Below are positions 27,352 to 40,530 of a DNA stretch of 64,000 nt, one piece after another. How positions within the stretch are numbered: the stretch's first letter is position 1; the number at the start of each line of letters is the position of its first letter. The notes beneath the pieces were generated by a model. It saw nothing but the letters and a program-made list of their open reading frames with translations, had not been told where the DNA came from and ran no database searches. The DNA comes from Eledone cirrhosa (taxonomy: Eukaryota): the NCBI GenBank assembly GCA_964016885.1, contig OZ024742.1:102672001-102736000 (forward strand), read 5' to 3'. The position numbers were made by a program, and so were the translations under genes.

Positions 27352-28199
27352 ATATATATGTGTGTAGATACATATATATATATATACATAGGTGTATATA
27401 TATATATATATATACATACACAGACACAACGTAGATACTCGTATGTTTACATTTTAAAGTGAAACGTGCAAAGGACCATGTGAGTGAAGAGAACAAAAAT
27501 TACAACACTATAGACACACACAGTGACGAACACACAGACACACATCTCAACACGGTCCTACACACACACGCATCAACATACACACAGTTGAAAGATTTCA
27601 GTCTGAGCATTAATACCTTCATTACTTTATTTCTAATGAAATATTGAATAGTTTTCAATTAACCATGAAAATATAGACTTTGTAAGGATTTAGTAATATA
27701 CCTAACTTTCTTATTATTAAGTTGCTGTTTGGAACATAACTTAAAGGTTTTCATGTAAAATTATGACGGAAGGTTTTTAGATAAATATAGACACTTTAAA
27801 ACGTACAATGATGTATCAATGAACCTAGGGCGACTGCAGGCAGTTTAGTATCAAAAGGGTTTATTTAAAAAATAAAAAATAAAAAAACGGATCCGATCGG
27901 CAGATCGAACCAAGGAAACAATGCTCCCACTGATATTTCCATTGCTGATAAAATTTACTGTTCGCAACTCCTGGCAGAAGGAGCAACAATAATATAAAAT
28001 ATGTTGTTCAAAGAACACTACACATCGAACACGCGATCTTGTGATTGTCAGTCTAACACAAGACCACTTAGGTTATTGTTGTATATGTAAAAAAGTATCT
28101 GAAAATGTGAATTCGGATATTTTTAGAATTCTCTATGATATAGCTGTTAAATTTTATTGTGTAATATTCGCGCGCGCGCACACACAGCAAGTGTATATA

Positions 28200-28298
28200 C
28201 AGGGCGTCCCAAAAAATGTATACACACTTTGATTACCTGCACAGGCGATATTTATTAGAATGCTGTTGAAGTGTGTGTACATTTTTGGGAACACCCTG
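28200..28298. mobile_element. Tc1/mariner-type MITE (~99 bp)
   Basis: TIRs CAGGGCGTCCCAAAAAATGTATACACACTT / AAGTGTGTGTACATTTTTGGGAACACCCTG, with TA on the left flank. Confidence 0.75.
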
Positions 28299-28910
28299 TG
28301 TGTGAGTGTGTGTATGTATATATATATATACACTCACGGGCGCGAGGGTAGGCTGACTATGAAGGAGAGATGCTAGAGCTGTGAAATCTTCCGTGCATTA
28401 ATAATTTCATTGTTTCTTTCCTAACCCTAACCCTCATTTTGGTCGTTCCATGAGAACCTTTCAGCCGACCCTTGTGTGTGTATATGAATGATGTATGTAT
28501 GTACAGGATGTCCAGTTGACTTAAGAAACATTGGGAACATCTGAAATGAAGTCGTCCCAGCGTGGATTACTATAAATAATTGTACTTTTGTCACAAGGCC
28601 TACAATTATCCCAGTGTATTACTGGTACTTTATTTTATCGATCCCGTAAGAATAAAAGGCAAAGTTAAGCTCGGCTGGATTTGAACTCAGACCAGTTCGA
28701 TTCCTTGCAAGTGCCTCTGTCCACATTACTTTGTCTGCACCAAGAGTATTTTTCCTGATTTTTTAAAACTATTATTATAGTCATAGTCATTGGGACGATT
28801 ACACGCACACACATTATATATATATATATATATTTCATCCTTACGGGGTAGATAAAATAAAGTACCAGTAATGCACTGTTAATTGCTGGCCTTGTGCCAA
28901 AAGTAGAAAC

Positions 28911-28963
<53 letters not shown>

Positions 28964-28964
28964 C

Positions 28965-29545
28965 CTAGTTGGGCAGCATAATCTCCAATGAAGGCCTCAC
29001 TGAGCTTTGTGTAAACTGCAGCATTGGAAAGGTATCAGAAGTAGTTCAGCACATGAGAAGCATTTGGTCATCGCAAATAATCTCCACGCCCTTCAAACTG
29101 CAGCTCTTCAACAGCATTATATTCACAACTGCAAATATATGCTAGTGAAACCTGGAAAATGACTGCCAAAATTCTAATGAAGCTCAATATTTTTTTCCAA
29201 AAAAGATGTCAAAGAAAAATCCTGACAATCACTTATCGAGATCGGATTACTAATTAAGAGGAGTAAACAGAGGCTATGACTGACACCATATCTGAAAGGC
29301 GCCTGAAACTGGTTGGACACATTCTGCACATATCTGAGTACCGGAACCCCTCTGTAGCAATGAGATGGATCGCGGTCGGTGGTAAGCGGGAAAAGAGAGA
29401 CCCAAGAAGACATGGCGCTCAACTTTAAAAAGATCTCCAGAGATTTGGACTGGACTGGGAAACTATGCAAGATGCCGCAGCTGATCGTGTAAATTGGAGA
29501 ATACTCATTGGCCAATATGCCCCAGGGTATAGGAAGACCTAAGAC
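28965..29545 (+). mobile_element. Decayed RTE-like LINE 3' fragment
   Basis: LGSIIS, KLQLFNS, YASETW and RRLKLVGHIL-like remnants across frames, with a TAAG-type end. Confidence 0.75.
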
Positions 29546-29818
29546 ATATATATATATATAGATATAGACATATATATATATATATATATATATAGTGTGT
29601 GTGTGTGTGTGTATTCTTTAACTGGGTTCAGTCTTTTGGCTGCAGTCGTGCTGGGAAACCAACCACATTGCAGGTTTCAGTAAATCATATCAGTCCAGAA
29701 CTTATGCACGTATTTCTATCGATGGTTGTTTGTCGACCTGCTAGGTTACACGATGACAAAGAGACAAGAATAAGCACCGATTTTAGGTTGTAAAAAGATA
29801 TGCAGACACACGTACATA

Positions 29819-29931
<113 letters not shown>

Positions 29932-30068
29932 GTGTGTGTGTGTTTACAATCTAAAACCAATGGATAGAACTGGTCATTCCATATTCTCCAAAATGGCTGA
30001 CTGAATACACACGTGCTTTTTCTCAATTTTTTTTCCCGTTCCTTCCTCTTATTACTATTTTCTATTTC

Positions 30069-30240
30069 AGTAGGAAAAAAGTCTTTACGTTTCGGGCATT
30101 AGTACTTCATCAAAAGATAGAATGAGAAAATAAAATCATCATCATCATCATCAAGATGGACATTAAACAATGTTGATGATGATCTTTTCTTTCTTTTGAT
30201 GAAATACTAGTGTCCGAAACGTAAAGACTTCTTTCCTACT
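30069..30240. repeat. Inverted pair of hammerhead-like pLTR ends
   Basis: 30192-30227 reads TCTT-TTGATGA-A-ATAC(TAGT)GTCC-GAAA-CG-TA-AAGA. A mirror copy lies at about 30082-30117 on minus. Confidence 0.7.
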
Positions 30241-30882
30241 ATACCAAGCATTCAACTAATACATTTCTTCATCATAGTGCTGGGTTGTTTGCTTTGTTAT
30301 TTCCGTTTACATTTTGCTCCTTCTCCCTGTGTGCGTGCGTGTGTGTGGACAAACACAGAAGTAGGGTCTAGTATTCTAAATATGGCGAGTAGTGAAGAAA
30401 CTTGAGAGCCAAGCAAGACAATTCATTACCTGAGCTAGCCCAATCTTTTTGGAACGTCTTCAAACTATCAATTGAAAGAAGACCGTATCCTTATTGGGCA
30501 TGCTTCAATCTTATTAGACCCCCCCCCCTCAGCGAAGCATATTTACGTAGCAAGTCGGCTTGACAAGAATGATCAATTACACACATAAATTCAAAATCTG
30601 AGCTTACAATGGTAAAACACGAACTCATCCCTTTTTCTTCAGCTAACTGACAGTGACAACAACGATTTCAGTACATTAAAGTTAGTGAGGATCCTTCCAG
30701 AGCACCAGGAATTACAACACAACACCACAAAATACGATTGAGTGAGTTTTTTCGACCAAATTAACATAAGGCAAAAGATGTATGTACACCCCAGGGTGCT
30801 TCGAACTGAAAACAACAAGCAATAATTTTCAGGTAAAGTGTGCACAGTTTAGCCAAGAGGAAATGGAGGGGATAATTATATG

Positions 30883-30930
<48 letters not shown>

Positions 30931-32799
30931 CGTTCTGACTAAATTCAAAAGGCCAGCCTTGTCACACGCTGTCGTGCCGAATCTCCTTGAGAATTGCATT
31001 ACACCCAGCTATTTGCTCGTTAACTCAATGAGCAGATTTCTGTTGATCGAACTAGAACAACCATCATCAAAACCGACGGAGGTCCATTCCATTATCATAA
31101 TGGTGTGATTGGTGTATTTATGTTAACGTGTTTTTGTTTAGCCTTGGGTCGGTCCTGATGCAGTAAGCCTATTATCAAAAATGTTATCAACTACGACATT
31201 CTTGTTTTTTTTTTTGTTGTTTTGTATTGTTTTTTAAATATATATCGTACATGCCAGTGGATCCCAACCTTTTTGCGCCACGGACCGGTGACTCATTAAT
31301 CCTCTCTGACAATTGTGACTCAATCTCTTCCACTATTTCATCAATTCGTCTAGTTATGGCGCTATACTTTTTAATGTTGTGTAGGGTTTACTATATCCAA
31401 CACAACATTAACCAATATAGTTTTGAATATCAGCTTAAGATGTTGGGGTGAAGGTGGAAGGCTCCAGTGATGGCTGTGGGCATAGGTGTAGCGGTGTAAT
31501 GTGTTTAGTTATGTCAGGAGGTGTGCCAGAAATGCTTCGGCAAGTTTCAATCCTGCCCCAGTTAGTTGACAACTGGACTGTTGAAAAATAGAATAGTAGA
31601 GAAGCGACTCAGCTGGATATTGTTTAGTAATAGTGTAGATGGGAGTTTATAAATGGCTATGGTAATATATATCAAACATTAAACTGTTGGAAAGGAAAGG
31701 AGCTGCTTTTCAGATCGGACCAGGGAGGCCATATTTCAATTGGTCTTTCTATTTCTGATACTATCTGTCAATCGCAAATCCTGGTAGAAGGACCAACGTA
31801 AATTAAAGTATTATGTTCAAGAACATTGGCGGGGTTCATTTCTCTCCAGGTCAGAACACAGCCGGTTTCTTCCAGAGAAAGAAAAAGGGAGTGGTAGGAA
31901 AATCGACCCCAACACTAGACTGTTTTTCTTTTTTCTTTTCCTTTTTTTTTTTTTTTTTTGTCTTTTACTGAGACTTTGAAATGATGAAAATTAAAGTCGA
32001 CATCGACGGGAATTAAAATCGGAGCGCAAAGAGCCAGAACAAATATTTAGACATTTTTAATCCGATGCCCTAACGACTCTACTAAAGCATTCGAGCATCG
32101 GTAAGAGTATTTAAATAGAATCGTATGTTGGGGCCAAGGTATTTAAACTGGGTGCTTTTTGGTCATTAAAATTGATGGTGCCGTTTGTCTGATGGTCGCA
32201 TTCCATATATTCAGTCTTCTAAATGTTCGTCCGCATTCCATTTCTATCCATGTGTGTCGTGTTATTATTGTACTTGCAGCTCTACATCTCGGAGTTCTGT
32301 CATAAAGAGGAATACATCTTCAGCATAGAAGAGCGTTTTACTAGCCTTGAGAGTGAAAGGTAGATTCCTGCTGAACAGCAACCTGTATGGGAAAGGGTTT
32401 TGTGACACCAACAAGGCTCCACGCATTACCGACATCTTGATACAAAAGTTAATCCTGTCTCACATTAACTCAACTGTTGATACCTGTATCTCAATCGTCA
32501 TAGCTACCACCAATAAGTATCAGACTGTCAATGAATATCACCTTGCGATAGACAGGTGTTCTATCTTGAGGGCGAGCGTTGTTTTTCAATAGCCTAACAC
32601 TATTGAATTAAGGGCTTACCACAGTCTTTGAAAATGTTAGTCGCATTGTCTGTTTTGTGCACCAAGACTTGTCGAAAGAATGTAATAGACATAAGCCAGG
32701 TTTAAATATAAGCCCCTAAAGTTGGTAATAAATCATGGCCTATGTATTTTAGAATGATTGTTGTCTGGGTTGCGGATGGAAGAACATAAAAGAATTAGA

Positions 32800-33230
32800 A
32801 CTGGAATACGATCGCGAACACAAGCGGCCGAAATGGGATTCCTCTGAAAGGTCTTTGGAATAACATTACTCGATAAAGTGCGTAGCTCGGAGATCAGAGA
32901 GTCACTCTAGGCAGAGCCGCTATTTCTCCGAATTGAGAGATCACATCTCCGATATTATGGGCATGTGGTTTGAATGTCTCAGGAAAGATCTTACAGGAAA
33001 AACCAACCGACAGGAGACCCAGGGGTAGACCCCGAGCAAGATGGTTGGATAACATCCATGAGCTTGGCTGGTCTCGCTTGGTGATCCAGCTGGGTCAGTT
33101 GGAGACGGTTGCTTCTGACAGGACCCGTATAAGTGCGCGAAGAAGAATTGGAGGGGAGTAGGCCCATATCAATTGGCCTACGGAGCACTCGTTGTTCTGG
33201 CCTGGGTGTACCACGTCTTCAAGGAATGAT
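32800..33230 (+). mobile_element. Decayed RTE (Expander-like) 3' fragment
   Basis: QAAEMGFL, LRYYGHV and RRPRGRPRARW remnants. Confidence 0.75.
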
Positions 33231-33764
33231 CTACAGTATTTGAACTCGACGCTGCAGGCTAACGAAATAATTATAGTGTTTACCACATTGCCTCACTCTT
33301 GTGGTGATCTGTACTTCATTATGGCACTTGTTTATAACTGGGTTGATGGGATTGTTAATCTTAGGATAGATAGACTGGAGTCCAATCAAAATGTAGATTC
33401 ACTTCATCTGCTCTTACAAAGTCTGAAGATAAGTACTGGTTTGAAGTGTTACTATGTAAAGCCAAGAAACATTTATCTTGCAGTTGCTAGCATTCGGAGG
33501 GTCGGGTGTTGACAGAATTTTTAGAGCGTCGGACAAAATGATTTACGGCATTTTGATATTTAGTTGCGGTTCTGAGTTCAAATCATGCCAAGGTCGACAA
33601 AAAGTACTGAGGTTGATTTAACTGGACCCCCCCCCTCCCCATACCCACCCCCTCACATACAACTTGTGTCTATTAGAAACTTTCCGTTCTGACTGCAAAT
33701 CTTCCTTAAAGTGTAATATTAGGTTTCGCAAAATAAACATGTTTATGACACAAGTTGTCTAGAC

Positions 33765-33926
33765 CAGAGTTTCTCAGCAATTTTACCCTTGTGGAACCCT
33801 TGAAATAGTTTTCATGTCTCAGAGAACTCCTTCATAAAAACCAGTATATACCATTATTAATTTTTTTTTTTTTTCTGTTTCTAGCGGAACCCTAGGGTTT
33901 TGGGAAACACCGGTTGAGAAATGCTG
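33765..33926. mobile_element. hAT/Charlie-type MITE with 8-bp TSD
   Basis: TIRs CAGAGTTTCTCA / TGAGAAATGCTG. TSD GTCTAGAC at 33757-33764 and 33927-33934. Confidence 0.88.
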
Positions 33927-34863
33927 GTCTAGACTAACCATATTTTCTCTCATCATCTTTGTTTTCTTTTGTCGATACAAATTTAAACACGTTATTTAAC
34001 GGAACGTAATTACTGTGGTTGTTTTGCTGTAGAAAAGGCACCCTTATATTCCGTTATTTTATTAAGGAATAATTCAAGAGATAGACAATTGTCAATGTAT
34101 TTATATGTCAGTGTGTTTATATACGTTTGTCTTTCTATCTGCCTATCCACTTATCTATTCATCTGTCTACCTCTCTCTCTTTATTTATCTGTGTCTGTCT
34201 CTCTCGGCCTAGCCATCCATCTATCTGCTTGCTTGCCTTGTCTATCGGTGGGTTGTCTATCAATCTGTCTGCACGGTGGGTTGTCTATCAACCTGTCTGT
34301 AGGCAGTCTATGAAGGAGGTGATGCTAGAGCTGTGAAATCTTGCATTCATTAATTTCAACTCTTCTTATTAATAAGTGGTTTCTTTCCGGCGACTATGTT
34401 GAAAAATAAACCTCATTTGGCTATTCCATGAGTGTATGTTGGTCAGCCTATTAACTTTTCAGCCGAGCCTCATATATATCTGTTTATCTATCTGCCTACC
34501 CAGTTATGTATTCATCCATCTACTTCCCTCTCTTTATCCATCTGTATGTCTGTCTCTCTCAGCCTGTCCATCTGTTTATCTATCTGCTTGCATTATCTAT
34601 CAATGTGTCCGTATGCCTGCCTATATTAGTTTATCTGTCAACAGTCACGAGGTAAGCCACTTTGGGGCTTTGGTCAATGTTTTACTTACTGTTCACGAGT
34701 TCAAATCATATCTGGTTTGATTTCCTCCCCCTTATACTTTCGAGGTTGATAAACCACGTGCTCGATTGACATGAGGAACAGATCCCCTCCACCACCAGGT
34801 TTGTATGAAATAGTGTGTGGGAGGGAAAGTAACTTCTGAACTCTGCTATTTGTCGTCGCTACA

Positions 34864-34897
34864 GTGACGTCACAACAGATATGATGTGTGACGTCAC
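34864..34897. promoter_or_regulatory. Tandem perfect CRE palindromes heading a GC/CpG-rich patch (to ~35300)
   Basis: GTGACGTCAC at 34864-34873 and 34888-34897. Confidence 0.5.
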
Positions 34898-35758
34898 AGT
34901 ATTCTTTGAAGTAGATAATAGCTGGTGGTGGCTGCGGTGGTCGTAGGGTTTAAAGGCAAAATGCAAACACGTTGTAATGTTTTTCTTTGAACAAGAATCG
35001 ACGACTGCTTCGATTGCCGGCTGTGGAAAGGCATTAATGCCACACCAGCTACATTTTTCAGCCTGTGGCTTTCGGGACGTTTGGGGGAGTCGGGCCGCTG
35101 CCTGCGAGGTTCCTTTCCTCACTGGCGGCTCGCCTAATAGAGGTGACTGGCGAATCTCGCGTGGGTGTTTGGCTGTTTCAGCGCATCAGCCTCGCCATCA
35201 CCTGAGGCAACGCTGTGAGTGTGCTGGCTTGCCTCAAAAATCATTAGAGAGGTTGCCCAGTACTTGCGACGTTGCTGTCTTTTGCTCTGGTGTTGGCTCC
35301 GTTATTCATCCCTTCCTTTACATTTTCTTTAATATTGTAGCATTGAAGGAATATATCTTTCATTATATCATCCTTTATAGTGTTACCGAGGCATTTGTAA
35401 TGTTATTTATGTATATATTTAAAACATTTGTTATGTTTTTCACTTCTTTCTCTTTAAAAACAACGAATTTGTCTTCTTAATGCCTTACTGTAAGGAATCA
35501 CTATAGTGAAAACAATATTTTAAAAATATTATTTCAACCCATTTTGTCCCTTCTTTTAAAGTACTATATATATATAACAAAGAAAGTGTGGTAAGGAACC
35601 AGGTGGACCATAACGCACCAGAGTACTCGATACTTAGGGTAGTAAAGTGGGTAGGGTAATAGGAAAAGTATCAGGACTCCGGCCGTTTTGACAGCTAGAT
35701 CTGAGTTCGGATCTATCTATCTATATAAATAAATATATTTATCTATATATAGTAGAGA

Positions 35759-35804
35759 ATTTAAATCGATTTGTTGACATGGATGCTAATGTGTATATAT
35801 ATAT

Positions 35805-35836
<32 letters not shown>

Positions 35837-35871
35837 CACATTGGCATCCATGTCAACAAATCGATTTAAAT
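35759..35871. repeat. Short inverted repeat with (TA)n spacer
   Basis: ATTTAAATCGATTTGTTGACATGGATGCTAATGTG / CACATTGGCATCCATGTCAACAAATCGATTTAAAT. Confidence 0.85.
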
Positions 35872-37219
35872 ATATATATAATTGTTTCTACTTTTTGGCA
35901 CAAGGCCAGCAATTACTCAGTACATTACTGGTACTTTATTTTATCGACCCCGTAAGGATGAAAGGCAAAGTTAACCTCGGCGGGATTTACACACACACGT
36001 AACATAAAAAAAAACAATTAGTGTTATTAAGTTCACGCTTTGGCTGAAAGATTATAGTGAGAGAGAGATTGTTCTACAACAAATTATCAAACCATACTCA
36101 AGGATATGTGTGTGAAAGAAAATATATATATAAATTTGACAAATGTAAATAAAAATCAGTGTGACGGAAAGCTATTACTACTACTTCTACTACTACTAGT
36201 AGATACGAGAACATGGCTGTCATAATCTCTTCGCACCACTCCTTCCGCCGCACCTCTCCCCTCACTTACACCCACTGATGCTAAATATAGAAATTTCGTG
36301 TCCTGTTCAATCCCTCATCTTCACCCGCCTCTTCCTCCTCTACCCACAAACGTTTCATAAAATCTCTTGTCTTGGGATATGTGGGCGGACTGAAACTGGG
36401 ACAGGCCACCAGTTGTGAGGAGACGAATAGAGCAAACAAAAACAAAAAATGATGTAGCAATAAATAAATATAAATAACAATAATATTAATAGTTTCTAAT
36501 TCAGACACAAAGCCAGTAGTTTTGGGGAAGGGGTAAGTCGATTATATTGATCCAAATACTCGACAGAAGGATAAAAGGGAAAGTTGACCTCCGCAGGGTT
36601 TGAACTCAGGATATAAAGAACCGGAAAGATACCTTAAGGTATTTTGTATTTATTCTTGACGCTCTAACGCTTCTGGCTTGAAATTGTTTGTAATTTAGAC
36701 CATAAGGACAGCAATTTAAATCGACTTCAATACTTGACCGGTATTTTATTTTATCGAACACTGAAGGATGAAAGACAAAGTAACACACCCACGCATTTTT
36801 TTTTACTCTTTTCAACCATAGGACAGCGGCCATGCTGGGACACCGCCTTCAAAGGCTCCGTTAATCATATCGAGCCCCAGTAGTTATTTTTGTTAAAGGC
36901 TGGTACTTATTTCTTCGATTTTATAAACAACCAGCGCTGATTGTTAAGTAGTGTAGATGTAAACTCACACAATGATTTTCCAACGAATGAAACAGAACTA
37001 GTTCTGTAAAAGCCACCTCAGTAAAATAAAATACCCATTCTACTTAATGCCTTAATTTGTTTAGTTTTTCTTCTGTTCTTTAAAGGAAAATTATTGAATA
37101 TATATATATATATATATAGGAAATGTTCAAGACTCCGATGGCAGAGCTCAAGCCGTTTCGACGGCTATTTCTGGACGCATATATATATATATATATATAT
37201 GCGTCCAGAAATAGCCGTC

Positions 37220-37294
<75 letters not shown>

Positions 37295-37296
<2 letters not shown>

Positions 37297-37656
37297 GTGT
37301 ACCCCCGGCATTTGCAGCCCCGGTTATTCGTAGAATTTTCCTTAGAACCTAACTAATCATTTTTTGGGAGGAAACTACCGCATATTCGCGGAATCGTAAA
37401 TATCTTCCGCGATTGTTTTGTGGCTTTTTTCGTGGCAATATTTATATATTTTAACGCTAAATTATTAATAACAATATACCTTCTTTGTCTGCCTATTGGA
37501 CGCCCCTTTGCATAAGACGCTCCCTCTTTTTTATTATATTTTACGTTATATTTTGACGTTTATAGGCATTTTTCTGGACCACGTTGAATATTCGCGATTT
37601 TTCAATCTTCCCGGGTGCTCTAGGAACGTAACACCCGCGACACCGAGGGACAACTG
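37295..37656. mobile_element. Tigger/pogo-like MITE
   Basis: Imperfect TIRs CAGTGTACCCCCGGCATTTGC / GCGACACCGAGGGACAACTG. Confidence 0.5.
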
Positions 37657-37673
37657 TGTATTATATATATATA

Positions 37674-37810
37674 GTTACGACAGTGACATGTGCAGATACT
37701 TAAGTTTCGTTGGGTTGTTTACCCCAACTAATTCAGCGTTATAAAAAAAGAATGAGTTGGTGTAAACAACCCAACGAAACTTAAGTATCTGTACATGTCA
37801 CTGTTGTAAC
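37674..37810. repeat. ~60-bp inverted repeat
   Basis: GTTACGACAGTGACATGTGCAGATACTTAAGTTTCGTTGGGTTGTTTAC.. pairs with ..GTAAACAACCCAACGAAACTTAAGTATCTGTACATGTCACTGTTGTAAC. Confidence 0.88.
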
Positions 37811-38429
37811 GAATTATACCAAGTATGTACTACAATATATATATATATATATATATATTAGTTCCCGACATGGGAACCCTGTCCCTAATGTACTTTAACC
37901 AGAACCAAGCCTAGCTCCCATCCTAACCTTATACGCAATGAATCCTGTGAATCGGGCGTGATATTTTCATTCTCTTCAAAGGCGATCAATTGTCAATGAT
38001 ACTCTTTGTTTCAGACCTCGGGTATATATAATTATTTTGTTTTGTTTTGATTTATGTCATCAATTTCGTTATGAAAATATATTTATGTTCAATTAACAAA
38101 TTTTAACATTTTCTTTCTAACTAAATTTTCAGTTTTCTATAAGAAAGAAAATAAAAATGTTAATCTCTGATTAAACATTTTATATATTTACATCATAAAT
38201 ATAAATAGATTTATTGAAAATATATAAATAAAGTTTTCACGCCGACATGATTTGGCTTTTTTTTTTAAAACTATAAATAGCCGTCTCTTTGAACACACTT
38301 TCACACACAGGCACACCTCTTATTTATTTGCACTTGTACTTTCGTTATCTAGTTTTTTTTATCAGTGTCAGTTATAAACACGATTATCTGAGGAGGAGGT
38401 GTTGGACCTCTGTCGATTCCGGCAACGAA

Positions 38430-38700
38430 TTGTCCAGTTGATTGTATCAACAGATCAAACTGCTTGTGAAATTAACGTGGAAGTGGCTGAGCATTACATA
38501 GACACGGTATATCTCGAGTGTATTTTTCAGTGAAATTCAGTTTGACACTGGATGTAACAAGGATGGCCATTTGAATTCCAGGTACATCTCAACTGAGTAG
38601 ACTGGAACCAAGCAAAATAAAGTGTCTTACTCAAGGATACAATGTGCCGCTGAGAATTGAACCAGCGACCTTACGATCGTGAGCTGCACACATTAATCAA
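38430..38700 (-). mobile_element. CORE-type SINE, diverged
   Basis: AAATAAAGTGTCTTACTCAAGGATACAA is the reverse of the CORE domain. Homologous to 7490-7685. Confidence 0.65.
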
Positions 38701-39094
38701 GAAAGATGTGTATAAATATATATGAACTAGTTAGACCATTATTCAACTGAGTACGGAGTCTGGAACTAGCTGTCGAAACGGCAAAAGCTCAACAGTCAGG
38801 CCCCAACTCTAATATATATATATATCAAATTTAAAATACAAGGAAATAATAGACAAAAAATATACCTATTTTTTCTTCAAAGTCCCAACTGCAGTCTCAT
38901 CGAATCTGTTTGCAGCGATTCATGCACTGTATGAAGGAGTGATGCTAGAGCTGTGAAATCTTGCATGCATTTATTTCAACTCTTGTTAATAACTGCATTG
39001 TTTCTTTCGAGGGACTATGTTGAAAAGTAAACCTCTTTTAGTCATTCCATGAGAGTATCTTGGTCAGCCTATGAACTTTTCAGCCGACCCTCGT

Positions 39095-40330
39095 AGACTA
39101 AGCAGTTCCTATTAAAACTAGAATTTGTACCAAGCTATATTCGGAATGACCTAGATATGCTCAATCATTTAACAGAAAGAGTAAATCAAGACAACAATTA
39201 TTATTTCATTCGATATGGTTAGTCTATACACTATTATCCAACGCAATTATGGAATAGAGACTTATTCAATATTAGCTCAACACGTACCGGACCATATAAA
39301 AACAAATTTTGTTATCGAAAGCCTGAGGTCTATTTTACATAACAATTATTTTATATTTAATGAACTTACATTCAGTCAAATATGTGGAACAGCTGGGGGC
39401 ACTAAAGTAGCACCAACATACGCAAATCTACTTTCGTTACCACGAAAAGAAAATTTACAAAGCAGTACTAAAAGATTTTGAAGTCAACTTTTATTCATAA
39501 CTAAAAAAAAATTGGATAAGGTTTCTTGATGATTGTTTTATCTTATGGGACGAAATGATAGATAAACTAGGAATTTTGAAATATTATAAATATCAATACT
39601 CAACGGACTATGGAATGTAACAATGAAGTACACCCCCCCCCCTTTTTAAAGGTATTTTGATAAAGAGAATAGATGGACTGAATGCAAGGATATCTGTTTT
39701 AAACCCTCAGACTCAAAACAATACTTACTATTCACATCTTGCCGTCCTAAACATACACGAGCACATATTCCTTTTACTTTGGCGAAATAAATATACACAA
39801 TTGTTTCCAACCCGACAATAAGAGACTAAATATTTTAATCCTCCGAAAATTTCCCTTGAGTTTAGCGAAAAGAGGAATAGAGAGAGCAAAAACTATATAT
39901 ATTCAAGATTTATTCATGGTAAAAAAATAAACCAAAAGAAAACACACTTCCATTTAAATAAACATATAATCCGAGGAATATTGAAATTTATAATCATATT
40001 CATTCTGTAAATGGATAAAAAAAAATTGAAAAAAATATTCAAGAATCCAAAAATTATAAAGATCAAATGTAAAAATTACTCACAAGTGCAAAATATTCAC
40101 AAACAGATTCTCAATCCACGAACAACAAAATGTGTAAGACCTAATTGCAGAATTTGTGAATATACGTTGGAAGACTTGGAATTCAAATTAAAAAATGAAG
40201 AAATTTTTTGAAGAGTTTCACATGTTCTTCTGGTAATCTTGCCAGTCTAATCTGCAATAGTCTATAACAATGGATGACCGTCCACCGACAACAAATTCGA
40301 GGAAGATTTTAAAATGCGCCGGGGAAATTT
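39095..40330 (+). mobile_element. Decayed Penelope-like element (Neptune-type) RT plus GIY-YIG linker
   Basis: DMVSLYT, NNYFIFN..QICGTAGGTKVAPTYANL, RFLDDCF, FKPSDSKQYL..SCRPKH, YNP and KCVRPNCRICEY (Cys-rich linker), with many stops and frameshifts. Confidence 0.88.
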
Positions 40331-40371
40331 TCCTAACCTCAGAAGTTTTTGAATATATCAATGTGCAGATG

Positions 40372-40530
40372 ACCGTAGAGGGTCGGACGCCATGCTTTGC
40401 AGCATAGAGTTACGCCCCTTTACAGTCTGAGTTGAAATCCCACCGAGGTTAACTTTGCCTTTCATCCTTACGGGGTCGATAAAATAAAGCATCAGAAATG
40501 CACTGGGATTGTGCCAAAAGTAGAAACAAA
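40372..40530 (+). mobile_element. SINE with Deu/Nin-like central domain
   Basis: GAGGTTAACTTTGCCTTTCATCCTTACGGGGTCGATAAAATAAAG..GTGCCAAAAGTAGAAACAA. More copies at about 5305, 28590(-), 28835, 33500, 35880(-), 36490(-), 41845, 49250, 50715, 60000 and 62640. Confidence 0.7.

Noticed and set aside
34977-35480. 167-aa ORF in the GC-rich patch
   Set aside because: No recognisable domain, and a low-complexity hydrophobic tail from T-rich DNA. It is more plausibly regulatory or non-coding.
38386-38428. CTGAGGA-GGAGGT(GTTGG)ACCTC as another hammerhead
   Set aside because: There is no GAAA directly after stem II and no clear stem I. At most a decayed pLTR remnant.
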